Positions 10,803 to 20,838 of a stretch of 64,000 nucleotides of DNA are shown one piece after another. Both the position numbers and the translations under genes were made by a program. The stretch spans positions 120,353 to 184,352 of IMG/VR virus record IMGVR_UViG_3300043409_001318; one strand, 5' to 3'. Every line of letters begins with the position of its first letter. The first letter of the stretch is position 1. The DNA is from a virus. The notes below the pieces were generated by a model. The model was not told the DNA's origin, made no database searches, and worked only from the letters and a program-made list of their open reading frames with translations.

Positions 10803-13570
10803 TGTTTGCACCAGAAATAGTAATCAAAAATGCTGTTATTGAAGGTGGCGGAAAACGTGTAGAAGTTTCAAATCCTCACATAGCCAGCGAACAAGAGGGT
10901 AGTATATCGACCGATTCTGGTTTATACACTGTAACATTAAATTTTTCTGTTATCGATCAATATAATGATAGTGGTCTTGGATCTTGGATTGAAAGTGAAG
11001 ATGTTAGAAAGTATATTAAATTTTTAATTAAATTTAATCCAGTACAAAATCCAATAGAATTTGAACCATTATTTGAAAATGAAGAATTAGTTTCGTTACC
11101 AGATTATATCAAAAATATTGATATACAAAATTTTTTAGTCACTAATTCAAACGGAACTCGACAATATCAATATCCTATTGTTTATGAATTACCAGCATTT
11201 TCTAAAACAGTTTTAAACCAAAAAATTGAACTATATTCCTATTTTGATTTAAAGCAGTATGTTTTAGATCAAGGATTATCTAATTCTGGTATTCTTAATG
11301 AGTTTGGTGCTACCGTACAAACAATACAGGTTATACAAAATGGAGAAATATTAAATTCTCCAAATATTATAAACAACGTGATAATTGAAGATATAGAAAA
11401 ACTACAAATCAATTTGTCTTTTGTTGATTCTTTTGAGAAAAATATAGTATCTATAATTGAAACAGATACAAATAAAAATAAAGATATATCTGTTTATGTT
11501 ACTGATTTATTTATAAGTAAAAATGAGGATAATACACATTCTTTCTTGTTTGGTATTGATAAAAAGAAAATTATACAAACTAAAACGCAATTAGGAAATT
11601 ATATAACTGCTGTTTCTAATGAACCTCAATTACAAACAACGATAAATGATAACATTATAATTAATAAAATATATGTTACCAAAAGACAAGTTAAAAAAGT
11701 AAAATCATTTAGTAAACTTGGTAATGTAGATAATGATTATACTGCTTATGATGATACACCAAATGTCTTATTTATTTTAGATGGTTCAAATAAAACAAGA
11801 ATATCTAATAATTCTGCTTATGATTTTTACTCTTTTACAGATACTTCGATAAGTAATGATAACTCTATATTTCAGTATACTCTAACAATACAATTACAAG
11901 ATTCTTTTAAGGAATCTTTGGTAGCGTTACAAACCACTTTATCAAACAACATTACAATTTTAGAACAATACTATAATCAAATATCAATACCTTTTATAAA
12001 TTCTAAAACTATAGATAATAGAAATCCTCACATAGACAGTTCTTCAGAAAGTTTTGGTATTACTAATATATTTGGATATTATGATATACAAACAAATACA
12101 TTTAAAAACAATGCTGTGTCTTTAGTTCCTTCTAGTCTTTTAGAGATAGTTACCAATTTTTCAGTATTGTATTTCTTTATATCAGCAATAAATAAGAGTG
12201 ATTTAGATACTGCATTTGTTTATTTAAACTCGACAAGATTAATATCTTCTTTACAAAAAAGTTTATCAGTATCAACTTCTTCATTATATACAATTAAAAA
12301 AACAATTGAAATAATGAAAAACTTTGCTTCAACTGTAGAAAGAATATTAGATATTCAATTAGTAGATGTACAGCCAGAACGTGAGGGTTCACAAACTATA
12401 AAGATTGGCACCAACGCTACAGAAATTATAGATTTAACTTATGTTTTTAATAACGTTGTAGAAAACACATATTATAATAATTTTAAAGAAAACAAAATAT
12501 TAATTGTTGAACCATCACAAGAAGTAAATAATTTTCCAATAGTAACAACTTCTAAATTAGGTTCGTTGTTTAGAGATACGGAAACTAAACAAATTTATTT
12601 TCCAATATTAGGATTAAATATACATAAACTTTTTGGACAGGATACTTCAATTGGACAAGTTACTGGAATTGATAGCAAAGAATCAAGATTATTGATAACA
12701 TATTTAAATAATTTAATGTCTTATTTGCAAGAAAAAGATTTAAATATTAAAAATAATAATACGGATGAAGCAAGCAATAAAATTGTTTTTGCGAACACTG
12801 TTAAGTATTTAGATTATAAAACTTTAATAGGTGATTTATTATCACAAAATGGTGTAGAGATATTATCATTTAAACAAGATTTACTACAAGAGAAACTTAC
12901 AAGTTCACCTAATGAAGTTTATACAGCTAGAGATCCTTTGGCTTACTCTCCTACTACTCCTAGAGATTACCCATTATCATCTAATAATCTTTTTAATTCT
13001 TCACAGCAAGACAATTCCTCAAGAGATGAATCCGTGACTAGATTATTAAATTATATATTGTCTAAATTAAATCTTGGTAATAATGTAGTGAGCCGCGACG
13101 TAGGCCCCCTCCGTGTTGAACCAGCCGGTGAAAAGTTTGCTAAATTAGATAATGAAGCAGCAAGTGACTTGATTAATAAATTTATACCAAATTATAATAT
13201 TCAATATTTAAATAATTTTGGAGAAAATATTAAAGATTATACTTGGACTAATTTTAATAATATAACATTTTCTATTTTTCCGTTAAGAACAAGTCTTTTA
13301 TGTAGACTAAAACCAATCATAAGCAACGACCAAACAATTGAATTAAAAAATGTTATAGATAAGTTGCAGGTTCCTTATATGTACTTTATACTAGTTAAAG
13401 ATAGTAACGAATACAATAATCAAACTCCTTCTGTTACAATACCATTAATTAATACAACACGACTAACATTAAGTGCTTCTGTTCTTTCACAAGGAAGATT
13501 TACTAGCAATCAAACACAAAGATTTGAACCTAATAGAAGTAGAAGAATTATAAAGATTAGGACAAAATAA
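10802..13570 (+). CDS. Hypothetical virion protein (about 922 aa)
   Basis: Long ORF; ATG overlaps the upstream TGA (TGATG coupling). Confidence 0.6.
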   Translation: MFAPEIVIKNAVIEGGGKRVEVSNPHIASEQEGSISTDSGLYTVTLNFSVIDQYNDSGLGSWIESEDVRKYIKFLIKFNPVQNPIEFEPLFENEELVSLPDYIKNIDIQNFLVTNSNGTRQYQYPIVYELPAFSKTVLNQKIELYSYFDLKQYVLDQGLSNSGILNEFGATVQTIQVIQNGEILNSPNIINNVIIEDIEKLQINLSFVDSFEKNIVSIIETDTNKNKDISVYVTDLFISKNEDNTHSFLFGIDKKKIIQTKTQLGNYITAVSNEPQLQTTINDNIIINKIYVTKRQVKKVKSFSKLGNVDNDYTAYDDTPNVLFILDGSNKTRISNNSAYDFYSFTDTSISNDNSIFQYTLTIQLQDSFKESLVALQTTLSNNITILEQYYNQISIPFINSKTIDNRNPHIDSSSESFGITNIFGYYDIQTNTFKNNAVSLVPSSLLEIVTNFSVLYFFISAINKSDLDTAFVYLNSTRLISSLQKSLSVSTSSLYTIKKTIEIMKNFASTVERILDIQLVDVQPEREGSQTIKIGTNATEIIDLTYVFNNVVENTYYNNFKENKILIVEPSQEVNNFPIVTTSKLGSLFRDTETKQIYFPILGLNIHKLFGQDTSIGQVTGIDSKESRLLITYLNNLMSYLQEKDLNIKNNNTDEASNKIVFANTVKYLDYKTLIGDLLSQNGVEILSFKQDLLQEKLTSSPNEVYTARDPLAYSPTTPRDYPLSSNNLFNSSQQDNSSRDESVTRLLNYILSKLNLGNNVVSRDVGPLRVEPAGEKFAKLDNEAASDLINKFIPNYNIQYLNNFGENIKDYTWTNFNNITFSIFPLRTSLLCRLKPIISNDQTIELKNVIDKLQVPYMYFILVKDSNEYNNQTPSVTIPLINTTRLTLSASVLSQGRFTSNQTQRFEPNRSRRIIKIRTK

Positions 13571-13981
13571 ATGAGTTATTCAATATCAAAAAAAAATTAT
13601 ATTATAAATGCTGTTTCTTATGGGAGAAACAGAACTCAAAGAGGTTCAACAGATTTTGGTATTTATGAACCATCCAGTGAATCCGATGGTGCTGAACCTT
13701 CCTTCCCAACTAGAGCATTAGAGGGACCACAAGTTACATTTGGTGAGGATGTTTCTCGCGGATCTGGCTTCGGTGTGGCTATTGATTCTCCCGATGATCC
13801 TCCAATTTCATTTGGAGGTGGAGGCGTAATTAGAACTGGTGATGATGCCTTCATGGGGGTTAACACAAATTTAGGAGGAGGAGTAGAGTTACAAGGTTCT
13901 AATGCGAACTCTCCGTTTAATGAGGCATTAAATGATGCGCTATTTAATAATAGAACGGGCGGTGGTCGTGGTAACCTCTAA
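13571..13981 (+). CDS. Gly/Ser/Asp-rich hypothetical protein
   Basis: Starts immediately after the upstream TAA; low complexity; higher GC than flanks. Confidence 0.5.
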   Translation: MSYSISKKNYIINAVSYGRNRTQRGSTDFGIYEPSSESDGAEPSFPTRALEGPQVTFGEDVSRGSGFGVAIDSPDDPPISFGGGGVIRTGDDAFMGVNTNLGGGVELQGSNANSPFNEALNDALFNNRTGGGRGNL

Positions 13982-14072
13982 CACAACGAAATTTATAATT
14001 TTTAAAAGCGTTAGAGAAGGAAAAAAGATGAAATTAATTACATTATTATTTTTGAGAAAGGAATAGAAATTA

Positions 14073-16436
14073 ATGGCTACATTATCAGAAATAGCAAAAA
14101 AAGTTGTAGAGATAGGAGGAACTAGTGTAGTCGATCCTTTACGTTCTGTTCTTGGAAAATATAAAACTGTAGATGAAAATGAAGTTTTTGTTTCCTTAGA
14201 AGCTACAGATCTTTGTTCTAAACTTTTTAGAGTAGAATTCTTAACTAGCGAAACACTTTATAATTCTTCCTCAATACCTTCAATATTTAATAATATTCAT
14301 GGTTATAATGCTAATAAACAACAATTACAAATAACTTTTGATACAGTAATAATAAGAGAATTTCTTACATCAATTGGTGTTGAAAATGTTACATCAACTT
14401 TAATTAATGAATTTAAAACTTTATTAAAAGATAATATACTTGCAAAAATATTTATCGTAAATCTTGATCCCCGCGATGCGACCTTCGGTACTCGAATGGG
14501 AAAATTATTTGAAGAATATTCATTTGATTATGGTACTCCATTTTCTTTAATAGAGCAACAAGCATATAATTTTGGATTAGCAGATTACTATGATATAAAT
14601 TCAAACTATAATTTTTATGAAAAATCCTTTGAACAAGCAATAGAAAATGTTGATGAAAGAATAATACCAAATCTTTATTTATCTCAACAAGAAACAGGTT
14701 CATTTGGAGAACAACATACAAGGTTAAAGTATACTGATGGATTTGCTGGAGCAGGTTATTACGTTTCATCAAATACCGTAGATAATGGTTTTTATTTTGA
14801 TTCGTGGGCAGATAATGTTAGTAGTATACTTGCTGGTTCTTCAATAAACGACTACCAGAAATTATTTATACCAGCAACTTATCTTGGTATAAATAAAAAT
14901 TTCTCTTTTATTGCTGACACAGATAACAATAGGGAAGATTTTCCTATCTATAATAAAATAGAATTTACAACCGATTCTGGTGAACTTGGAATAAATACAA
15001 TATTAAATGAATCAAATATAAATTGTTCTTTTATAAATACATCATTAAAAGAAGGATTAGGAACTATATTTACACTTGGAAGAGGAACATTAGGTGGAGA
15101 AATTGTTGGAAATTATAGTATAGTTAAAAATTCTTCCATATCTTTTGACGAAAATAATAATCCAATAATACAATATTCTTATCAAAATAATCGTTTTATT
15201 GGATTAGAACTTGATTTTCAAAACATCTTATCATCTTCAATCTTCACAGGGCAACCACCATCAACAGGCTCCATTCCACTAATATCATATTTAGATCCTT
15301 GTGATGATTCAAACACTGATATTTTTTCTAAAAATTTAACTTATATTTTATCCAAGTTAAAAATAAATAATATAGCCAATTCAAATTATAGAATTTATAA
15401 ACAAATATTTGATGGTGAATTAGCACAGAACGAAACATTAATTTATATTGTTAAAAAAATTACAACTTCAAATCAAGTTCAAGGTTTTATATTTTTAAAT
15501 CCATTAGAAGCAAGAAACTTTGTTTATTATGATACACAAGTAAAGTACGGACAAAAATATAAATATGAAGTTGACGCTTACCAAGTTGTTATTGGAACAA
15601 ACTATACTTTTGATAATTTTCAAGATAGATCTAATGGGTTTGAAATAGACTGTATTAGTATCCCGTCATTAAAACTCGTACAGACCAAGTATTGTGAAAA
15701 AGAAATAGTAAATGCGGATTCTCCTCCAATTCCTTTGGATATTATGTTTGTTCCTTATTTTGGTATAAACAATAAAATATCAATTTATATGAATTCACAA
15801 GTTGGAAGACAACATACAGAACCTGTTATAATTTTAGATCAAGATCAACAAAGTTTTGATAACAACAGAGAAGCACAAGGAATTGAAACAGGACCAATAT
15901 TGTTTGAGTCGGAAGACCCAGCATCACTATTTCAAATTATGAGATTAGAGAATAAACCAACTTCATATCAAGATTTTAAAGATTCTTTAATAACAAACAT
16001 ATATGTATTAGAAAATTCTTTCTCTAATACATATTTAGATATATTAGAACCAAATAAAACTTATTATTATATATTTAGAACTAAAGACGTTCATTCAAAT
16101 GTATCAAACCCAACACCTGTTTATCAATTAACTTTAAGAGATGATGGTGGTGCAGTTTATCCAGAAATAGAAGTTTTATATAATTTTGATGTTGAAGTAG
16201 AAAAAGATGCTTTTAAAGCAGCAAGAAAATATATACATTTATCACCATCTATAACACAAACATCAATTGAAATTGGGGAAGAAGCAGAAAGCGCAAATAA
16301 CTTGGAACAATTAAAACTTGGTTACGCAAATGATCCAGTATGGGGTAAACAATTTAAAGTAAGAGTTCGTTCAAAATCTACAGGAAAATTAGTTGATTTT
16401 AATGTAACGTTTACAAATAAAGAAATAAGAGAATAA
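14073..16436 (+). CDS. Hypothetical virion protein (787 aa) with FN3-like segments
   Basis: YYDTQVKYGQKYKYEV and YLDILEPNKTYYYIFR resemble FN3 beta-strand motifs; AAGGA upstream. Confidence 0.55.
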   Translation: MATLSEIAKKVVEIGGTSVVDPLRSVLGKYKTVDENEVFVSLEATDLCSKLFRVEFLTSETLYNSSSIPSIFNNIHGYNANKQQLQITFDTVIIREFLTSIGVENVTSTLINEFKTLLKDNILAKIFIVNLDPRDATFGTRMGKLFEEYSFDYGTPFSLIEQQAYNFGLADYYDINSNYNFYEKSFEQAIENVDERIIPNLYLSQQETGSFGEQHTRLKYTDGFAGAGYYVSSNTVDNGFYFDSWADNVSSILAGSSINDYQKLFIPATYLGINKNFSFIADTDNNREDFPIYNKIEFTTDSGELGINTILNESNINCSFINTSLKEGLGTIFTLGRGTLGGEIVGNYSIVKNSSISFDENNNPIIQYSYQNNRFIGLELDFQNILSSSIFTGQPPSTGSIPLISYLDPCDDSNTDIFSKNLTYILSKLKINNIANSNYRIYKQIFDGELAQNETLIYIVKKITTSNQVQGFIFLNPLEARNFVYYDTQVKYGQKYKYEVDAYQVVIGTNYTFDNFQDRSNGFEIDCISIPSLKLVQTKYCEKEIVNADSPPIPLDIMFVPYFGINNKISIYMNSQVGRQHTEPVIILDQDQQSFDNNREAQGIETGPILFESEDPASLFQIMRLENKPTSYQDFKDSLITNIYVLENSFSNTYLDILEPNKTYYYIFRTKDVHSNVSNPTPVYQLTLRDDGGAVYPEIEVLYNFDVEVEKDAFKAARKYIHLSPSITQTSIEIGEEAESANNLEQLKLGYANDPVWGKQFKVRVRSKSTGKLVDFNVTFTNKEIRE

Positions 16437-16448
16437 TTAAACTAGTAC

Positions 16449-16456
16449 ACTATTTA
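16449..16456 (+). promoter_or_regulatory. Representative putative late-promoter motif MCTAHTTA
   Basis: ACTATTTA 16 nt before the ATG; at least 15 other intergenic copies (see findings). Confidence 0.65.
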
Positions 16457-16472
16457 TGAAAGAGGTATTAAA

Positions 16473-17387
16473 ATGGGTTTCTTAGATAATAGCGGCGATA
16501 TAATACTTGACGCAGTTTTAACAGATACTGGAAGAGCAAGATTAGCTAGAGCAGATGGTTCTTTCCAAATAACTAAATTTGCTCTTGGCGATGATGAAAT
16601 CAATTATGGTTCATATAACAAAAATCATCCATCTGGTTCTGCTTATTATGATTTAGATATTTTACAGACACCTGTTTTTGAAGCGTTTACAAACAATTCA
16701 TCAGTATTAAAATTTAAACTTCAATCTATTTCAAGAACAAATTTGCTTTATTTACCAATTATTAAAATTGATACTAATAATGCTGGTTTAAATGGTACTA
16801 GTAATTCTTATATTGTTGCTGTTGATACTGATTCGGTAGACGATTTAGAACCAAACTCAGCCGCAGGTATTGGTATCTTAAATGGCGTATCACCATTTAC
16901 TGGAAAGCATATAAGAGTTGACCAAGGATTGGATACAAGTGAAATTTCACCAGAATTTACAATTGACTCTGATCTAAAAGAAACACAATATTTAATTGAA
17001 ATTGATAATAGATTTGGAAGTATTTTTTCTACGGATGATTCTACTGCTGCATCTTTATCTTATATAGATGATGATAATGTTGCTAGTTATTATTTATCTG
17101 ACACAGACACCAAATTTGTCCAACTAATTACGGAAACAACCTCTGGAGGGTCAGTAATAGCAGGTCCAAGAGGAACTTATCTCAAATTTAAAATTAGATC
17201 ATCAATTGAATTAAATAGTAGTACATTTTTGTTTACCCAATTAGGAACTTCTAATGTGAACGGAACTAGTATTGCAACTACTGGTAGTGGAACTTATTAT
17301 GTTATAAATACAATTATAAGAATAACAGGTGTAACAACAGGATATTCCATTAACATTCCAGTAAAATTTGTAAAGAAACAAACATAA
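16473..17387 (+). CDS. Baseplate/tail-fibre attachment protein (resembles the N-terminal half of DUF3751)
   Basis: VLTDTGRARLA...ITKFALGDD resembles the P2 gpH/DUF3751 N-terminus; GAGG SD upstream. Confidence 0.55.
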   Translation: MGFLDNSGDIILDAVLTDTGRARLARADGSFQITKFALGDDEINYGSYNKNHPSGSAYYDLDILQTPVFEAFTNNSSVLKFKLQSISRTNLLYLPIIKIDTNNAGLNGTSNSYIVAVDTDSVDDLEPNSAAGIGILNGVSPFTGKHIRVDQGLDTSEISPEFTIDSDLKETQYLIEIDNRFGSIFSTDDSTAASLSYIDDDNVASYYLSDTDTKFVQLITETTSGGSVIAGPRGTYLKFKIRSSIELNSSTFLFTQLGTSNVNGTSIATTGSGTYYVINTIIRITGVTTGYSINIPVKFVKKQT

Positions 17388-17403
17388 GAAAGGATTAACT
17401 TAA

Positions 17404-18438
17404 ATGGCCTCAACATTCAAAACTTTATCTTCAACAGATACTACAACCACTAGAACACTTTTAAACGAAGTTATTCCTTTAACTGGAACAATAGTTTCTG
17501 GTACTTATAGTGATGCTAATATCAAAAATTATTCACATGGTATATTTCAATCCGTATATGATTATCCATACTTAAGTTCTTCAGCAAATCATATATTTGA
17601 TTTAACTGTTGGATATCATAGTTCATCTACAATAGCAAATAGCGCAAACACTCTCAACACAAAAAAAATTAATATTTATAATCAAATGGCTCAAGTCCTT
17701 GTTGGTCACGATACAACTGGTAGTATTCAACTTTTCGACCAAGATGGAGATTTAACTTCTGGTGGAACAAAACTTAAAGAATGTATCTTCGTTAACTTCG
17801 CTCGTTTATTAACAAAAGATGAAGTAAAGAAAGGTTCGTTTGAACTTAAAGTCTTTACAGGAAGCGCAAACACCACCCCAGCCAATTTATTGACTATAAG
17901 TGATTACGGTGCTGCTTCTTCTTTCAAAGTTAATTCACCAGCAGGAGAATACGGTATACTTTATACTTCTTCTGCAACTCCAAGTGCTACAAGCGGTGTT
18001 GGATTACTTTACTATCAAGCTGGTATTGCAGTATTAACAGCTTCTATATTCAATGGAAAGTTTGGACCAAGAACTGATACAACTACTTCAACTGGTTCCA
18101 TAAGCACATATTTTCAAACAGGTTCAATAACTGGTTCAGCAGATGGATTTAGAAATAGGTTATATAACGTTCAATTTAATAATACTACAGAATTAAACTC
18201 AACAATCTACTTCTGTCGTGCATCACATAATGAATTTAACTATTCATCTAATCCAACATATCTTTCATCAAGTAAAATTGTTGTAAAGAACACTTCAACT
18301 GATGCTCCTGTATCATATATAACAACAGTCGGTCTGTATTCAGCAGATAATGAATTACTAGCAGTAGCTAAACTTTCAGAGCCTTTAAAGAAAGATCCAA
18401 CCAACGAATTGACAGTAAGAGTAAGATTAGACTACTAA
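17404..18438 (+). CDS. Baseplate/tail-fibre attachment protein (resembles the C-terminal half of DUF3751)
   Basis: C-terminal ITTVGLYSADNELLAVAKLSEPLKK; paralog of the next gene. Confidence 0.55.
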   Translation: MASTFKTLSSTDTTTTRTLLNEVIPLTGTIVSGTYSDANIKNYSHGIFQSVYDYPYLSSSANHIFDLTVGYHSSSTIANSANTLNTKKINIYNQMAQVLVGHDTTGSIQLFDQDGDLTSGGTKLKECIFVNFARLLTKDEVKKGSFELKVFTGSANTTPANLLTISDYGAASSFKVNSPAGEYGILYTSSATPSATSGVGLLYYQAGIAVLTASIFNGKFGPRTDTTTSTGSISTYFQTGSITGSADGFRNRLYNVQFNNTTELNSTIYFCRASHNEFNYSSNPTYLSSSKIVVKNTSTDAPVSYITTVGLYSADNELLAVAKLSEPLKKDPTNELTVRVRLDY

Positions 18439-18442
18439 TTAA

Positions 18443-19618
18443 ATGTCATTTTATAAATTTAAAGAATCTGATTTATTAATCAATAATATAAAAGCTTATC
18501 CACAAAATAACTTTTTTATATATGATTCAAAAGTTTATTACGATAACAAACCAGAAATAAGTGGTGCTTTTACTAATAATATAACTTGTGTTCCTTCTGG
18601 ATACATAGAATTATACGAACAGAATATCGATAGAAATTCTGGTTCAACTGGTTTTATTTATCCATATATAACAAAGAATGGAACTTTAGATTCATTTAGA
18701 TCTGTTACAACGTCTGAATTTGATAGTGAGTTTGACTATGGAGACATAATTACTGGCTCTTACGTTCTTTCTTCAAGTTTATATAGAGAATATTTTCAAA
18801 TAGGTCAAACAAGACTTCACGTTAGCGCATTAAGAAACACCTTAAACTATTACTCAGTTAATTCATCACACTATCTTTATTCATCTTCATTGGGGAATAA
18901 AGACACCCAAGAAATATGTTTGATTAGTGTTCCTTCAATTTTTTATGGTTCTCAAATTAAAAAGAGATCTGTTAAATTAGACTTTTATATAACAGGAACT
19001 TTAATAGGAAGATTAGAAGATAAAAATGCTAATGGTGAGTTAATACAAACATTACCATATGGTTCTACAGGTTCTGGTTCTGTTGCTGGTGTTGTTCTCT
19101 ATACCGAAGGTTTTATAGTTCTCACAGGTTCTTGGGCACTTGAAACTGGAGTTGCTAGAGATTATATTAATGATGCTGGTAACTTACTTACTTCATCTTG
19201 GGTTTATTTTGGTAATGGTATAAATGGTAATATAGAAACGCCTTCCGGTGTTTTATCTGATGTTGCTTCCAAAGTTTATTTTGAAGGTGTAACAATAACA
19301 CCTGTAGTTACAATGTTCGCTCATGCTCCAAGAGGAGAATTAAACCATTCTAATAATCCAACTTACTTAAGGTATAATACGTCTAGTTCTTATTCTAGTG
19401 GTTCTTCTGCCTATATAGAAAACAATACACTTGAAGTAAAAAATACAGTCTATTCTAATTACGCTGATCCTACTGGTTCATTTCAAAAACAAACTTTCAT
19501 TAGCAAAGTTGGAATATATGATGAAAATAAAAACCTTATTGCTATTGCTAAATTAGCAAAACCAGTTAAAAAGACAGAAGAAAGAGATTTAACTTTCAAA
19601 CTAAAATTAGACTTATAA
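18443..19618 (+). CDS. Baseplate/tail-fibre attachment protein, paralog of 17404..18438
   Basis: Shared NxSxNPTY and ISKVGIYDENKNLIAIAKLAKPVKK motifs. Confidence 0.55.
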   Translation: MSFYKFKESDLLINNIKAYPQNNFFIYDSKVYYDNKPEISGAFTNNITCVPSGYIELYEQNIDRNSGSTGFIYPYITKNGTLDSFRSVTTSEFDSEFDYGDIITGSYVLSSSLYREYFQIGQTRLHVSALRNTLNYYSVNSSHYLYSSSLGNKDTQEICLISVPSIFYGSQIKKRSVKLDFYITGTLIGRLEDKNANGELIQTLPYGSTGSGSVAGVVLYTEGFIVLTGSWALETGVARDYINDAGNLLTSSWVYFGNGINGNIETPSGVLSDVASKVYFEGVTITPVVTMFAHAPRGELNHSNNPTYLRYNTSSSYSSGSSAYIENNTLEVKNTVYSNYADPTGSFQKQTFISKVGIYDENKNLIAIAKLAKPVKKTEERDLTFKLKLDL

Positions 19619-19625
19619 GGAACAG

Positions 19626-20159
19626 ATGGAAAAACCAATTTGTGTATTGGGACTTGATATAAGCAGTTCCAAGATAGGTATTGCTGTATTAGATGAAAAT
19701 AAAAATATATTAACCTCGGAAGTATTAAAACTATCTTCTGATCTTTCATTAGAAGAAAGAGGTTTAATGTTAGAGAATAAATTAATTAAATTAAATAAAC
19801 ATTATTATATTGATGATGTTTTTATAGAAGAACCTTTTATAGCGTTTGGTGGTGGTAAAACAACAGCACAAACTATGGCTATTCTTCAAAGGTTTAATGG
19901 TATGTGTTCTTATATAGCATTTAAAGTATTTGAGATGAAACCAATAATGGTTGCTGTTAGATCTGCTAGAACCAAGTTAGGAATCAAAATACCAAAAGGA
20001 ACGAAGAAAGGCGATTCTAAGAAGTTCATTATTGAGTATGTTGAAAAGAACCATCCAGATTTTAAGTATAACATGACCGTCCACGGAAATCCAGCACCCG
20101 GAACCGATGACAGAGCAGATGCTATTGTTATTGCTTTGTATGGTCTAGAAACTACTTAG
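19626..20159 (+). CDS. ruvC: RuvC-like Holliday junction resolvase
   Basis: VLGLDISSSKIGIA (catalytic Asp), FIEEP (Glu), DDRADAIVIA (Asp pair): RNase H-fold resolvase pattern. Confidence 0.8.
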   Translation: MEKPICVLGLDISSSKIGIAVLDENKNILTSEVLKLSSDLSLEERGLMLENKLIKLNKHYYIDDVFIEEPFIAFGGGKTTAQTMAILQRFNGMCSYIAFKVFEMKPIMVAVRSARTKLGIKIPKGTKKGDSKKFIIEYVEKNHPDFKYNMTVHGNPAPGTDDRADAIVIALYGLETT

Positions 20160-20163
20160 GTAT

Positions 20164-20820
20164 ATGAAACCTTTTCTTATATCAAAAAAAAATAAAAAAC
20201 AATTTTTAGAACTTGATTATCTTTATGCTGAATTGGATTACTACGAAGAAGGCTTAAAAGAAGCTCAAAATGAGTTTCAAGAAGCCTTTTTTGATTATTC
20301 AAAGACAAATAACTTAGGATATAATCAACCACAAAAACCAGCTAATTCTTTATCAACTGATATTTCTACCTTTGTCGAGAAAGAAGATGAAGGTAATTCC
20401 TATGAACGTTATGAAACTCCACCAGAAGAACAACAACAAACTGAAAGTGAACCAGAAGAAAAGGATGAAGATCTTTATAAGTTATACAAGAAAATTGCTT
20501 CGTTAACTCACCCAGACGTTATACCCATTAGCGAAAAAGAAGAATTAAAGCAAAAAAGAATTCAACAATTTATTGAAGCACAAGAAGCTTATAAACAAAA
20601 GAATTGGTATAAATTATGTCAAATAGCAATCTCATTAGGGTTAGAAGTTCCAGAACCTAAGAAACAACACTTAAAGTGGATGGAAAGCGAAGGTGTTAGA
20701 ATAAGGAATAGGATCGAGCATATCAAATCAACGTTTGCTTGGGTTTGGTACAACGAAGAAGATGATAAAAAAGATTTAGTAATGAGAAATTATTTTAGAG
20801 TCATTGACCCTAAAAAATAA
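20164..20820 (+). CDS. J-domain-like protein
   Basis: LYKLYKKIASLTHPD followed by a helix (QQFIEAQEAY); acidic N-terminal half. Confidence 0.65.
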   Translation: MKPFLISKKNKKQFLELDYLYAELDYYEEGLKEAQNEFQEAFFDYSKTNNLGYNQPQKPANSLSTDISTFVEKEDEGNSYERYETPPEEQQQTESEPEEKDEDLYKLYKKIASLTHPDVIPISEKEELKQKRIQQFIEAQEAYKQKNWYKLCQIAISLGLEVPEPKKQHLKWMESEGVRIRNRIEHIKSTFAWVWYNEEDDKKDLVMRNYFRVIDPKK

Positions 20821-20832
20821 CTATGTTATGGT
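20804..20832 (+). promoter_or_regulatory. Sigma70-like promoter for primase, predicting a leaderless mRNA
   Basis: TTGACC (20804-09), 17 nt spacer, TGn-TATGGT (20827-32); the ATG at 20839 is 7 nt downstream. Confidence 0.5.
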
Positions 20833-20838
20833 TTAGCC

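Noticed and set aside
14028-14066. 12-codon ORF MKLITLLFLRKE with GAAGGA upstream
   Set aside because: Too short to separate from chance in AT-rich DNA; no attenuator structure seen.
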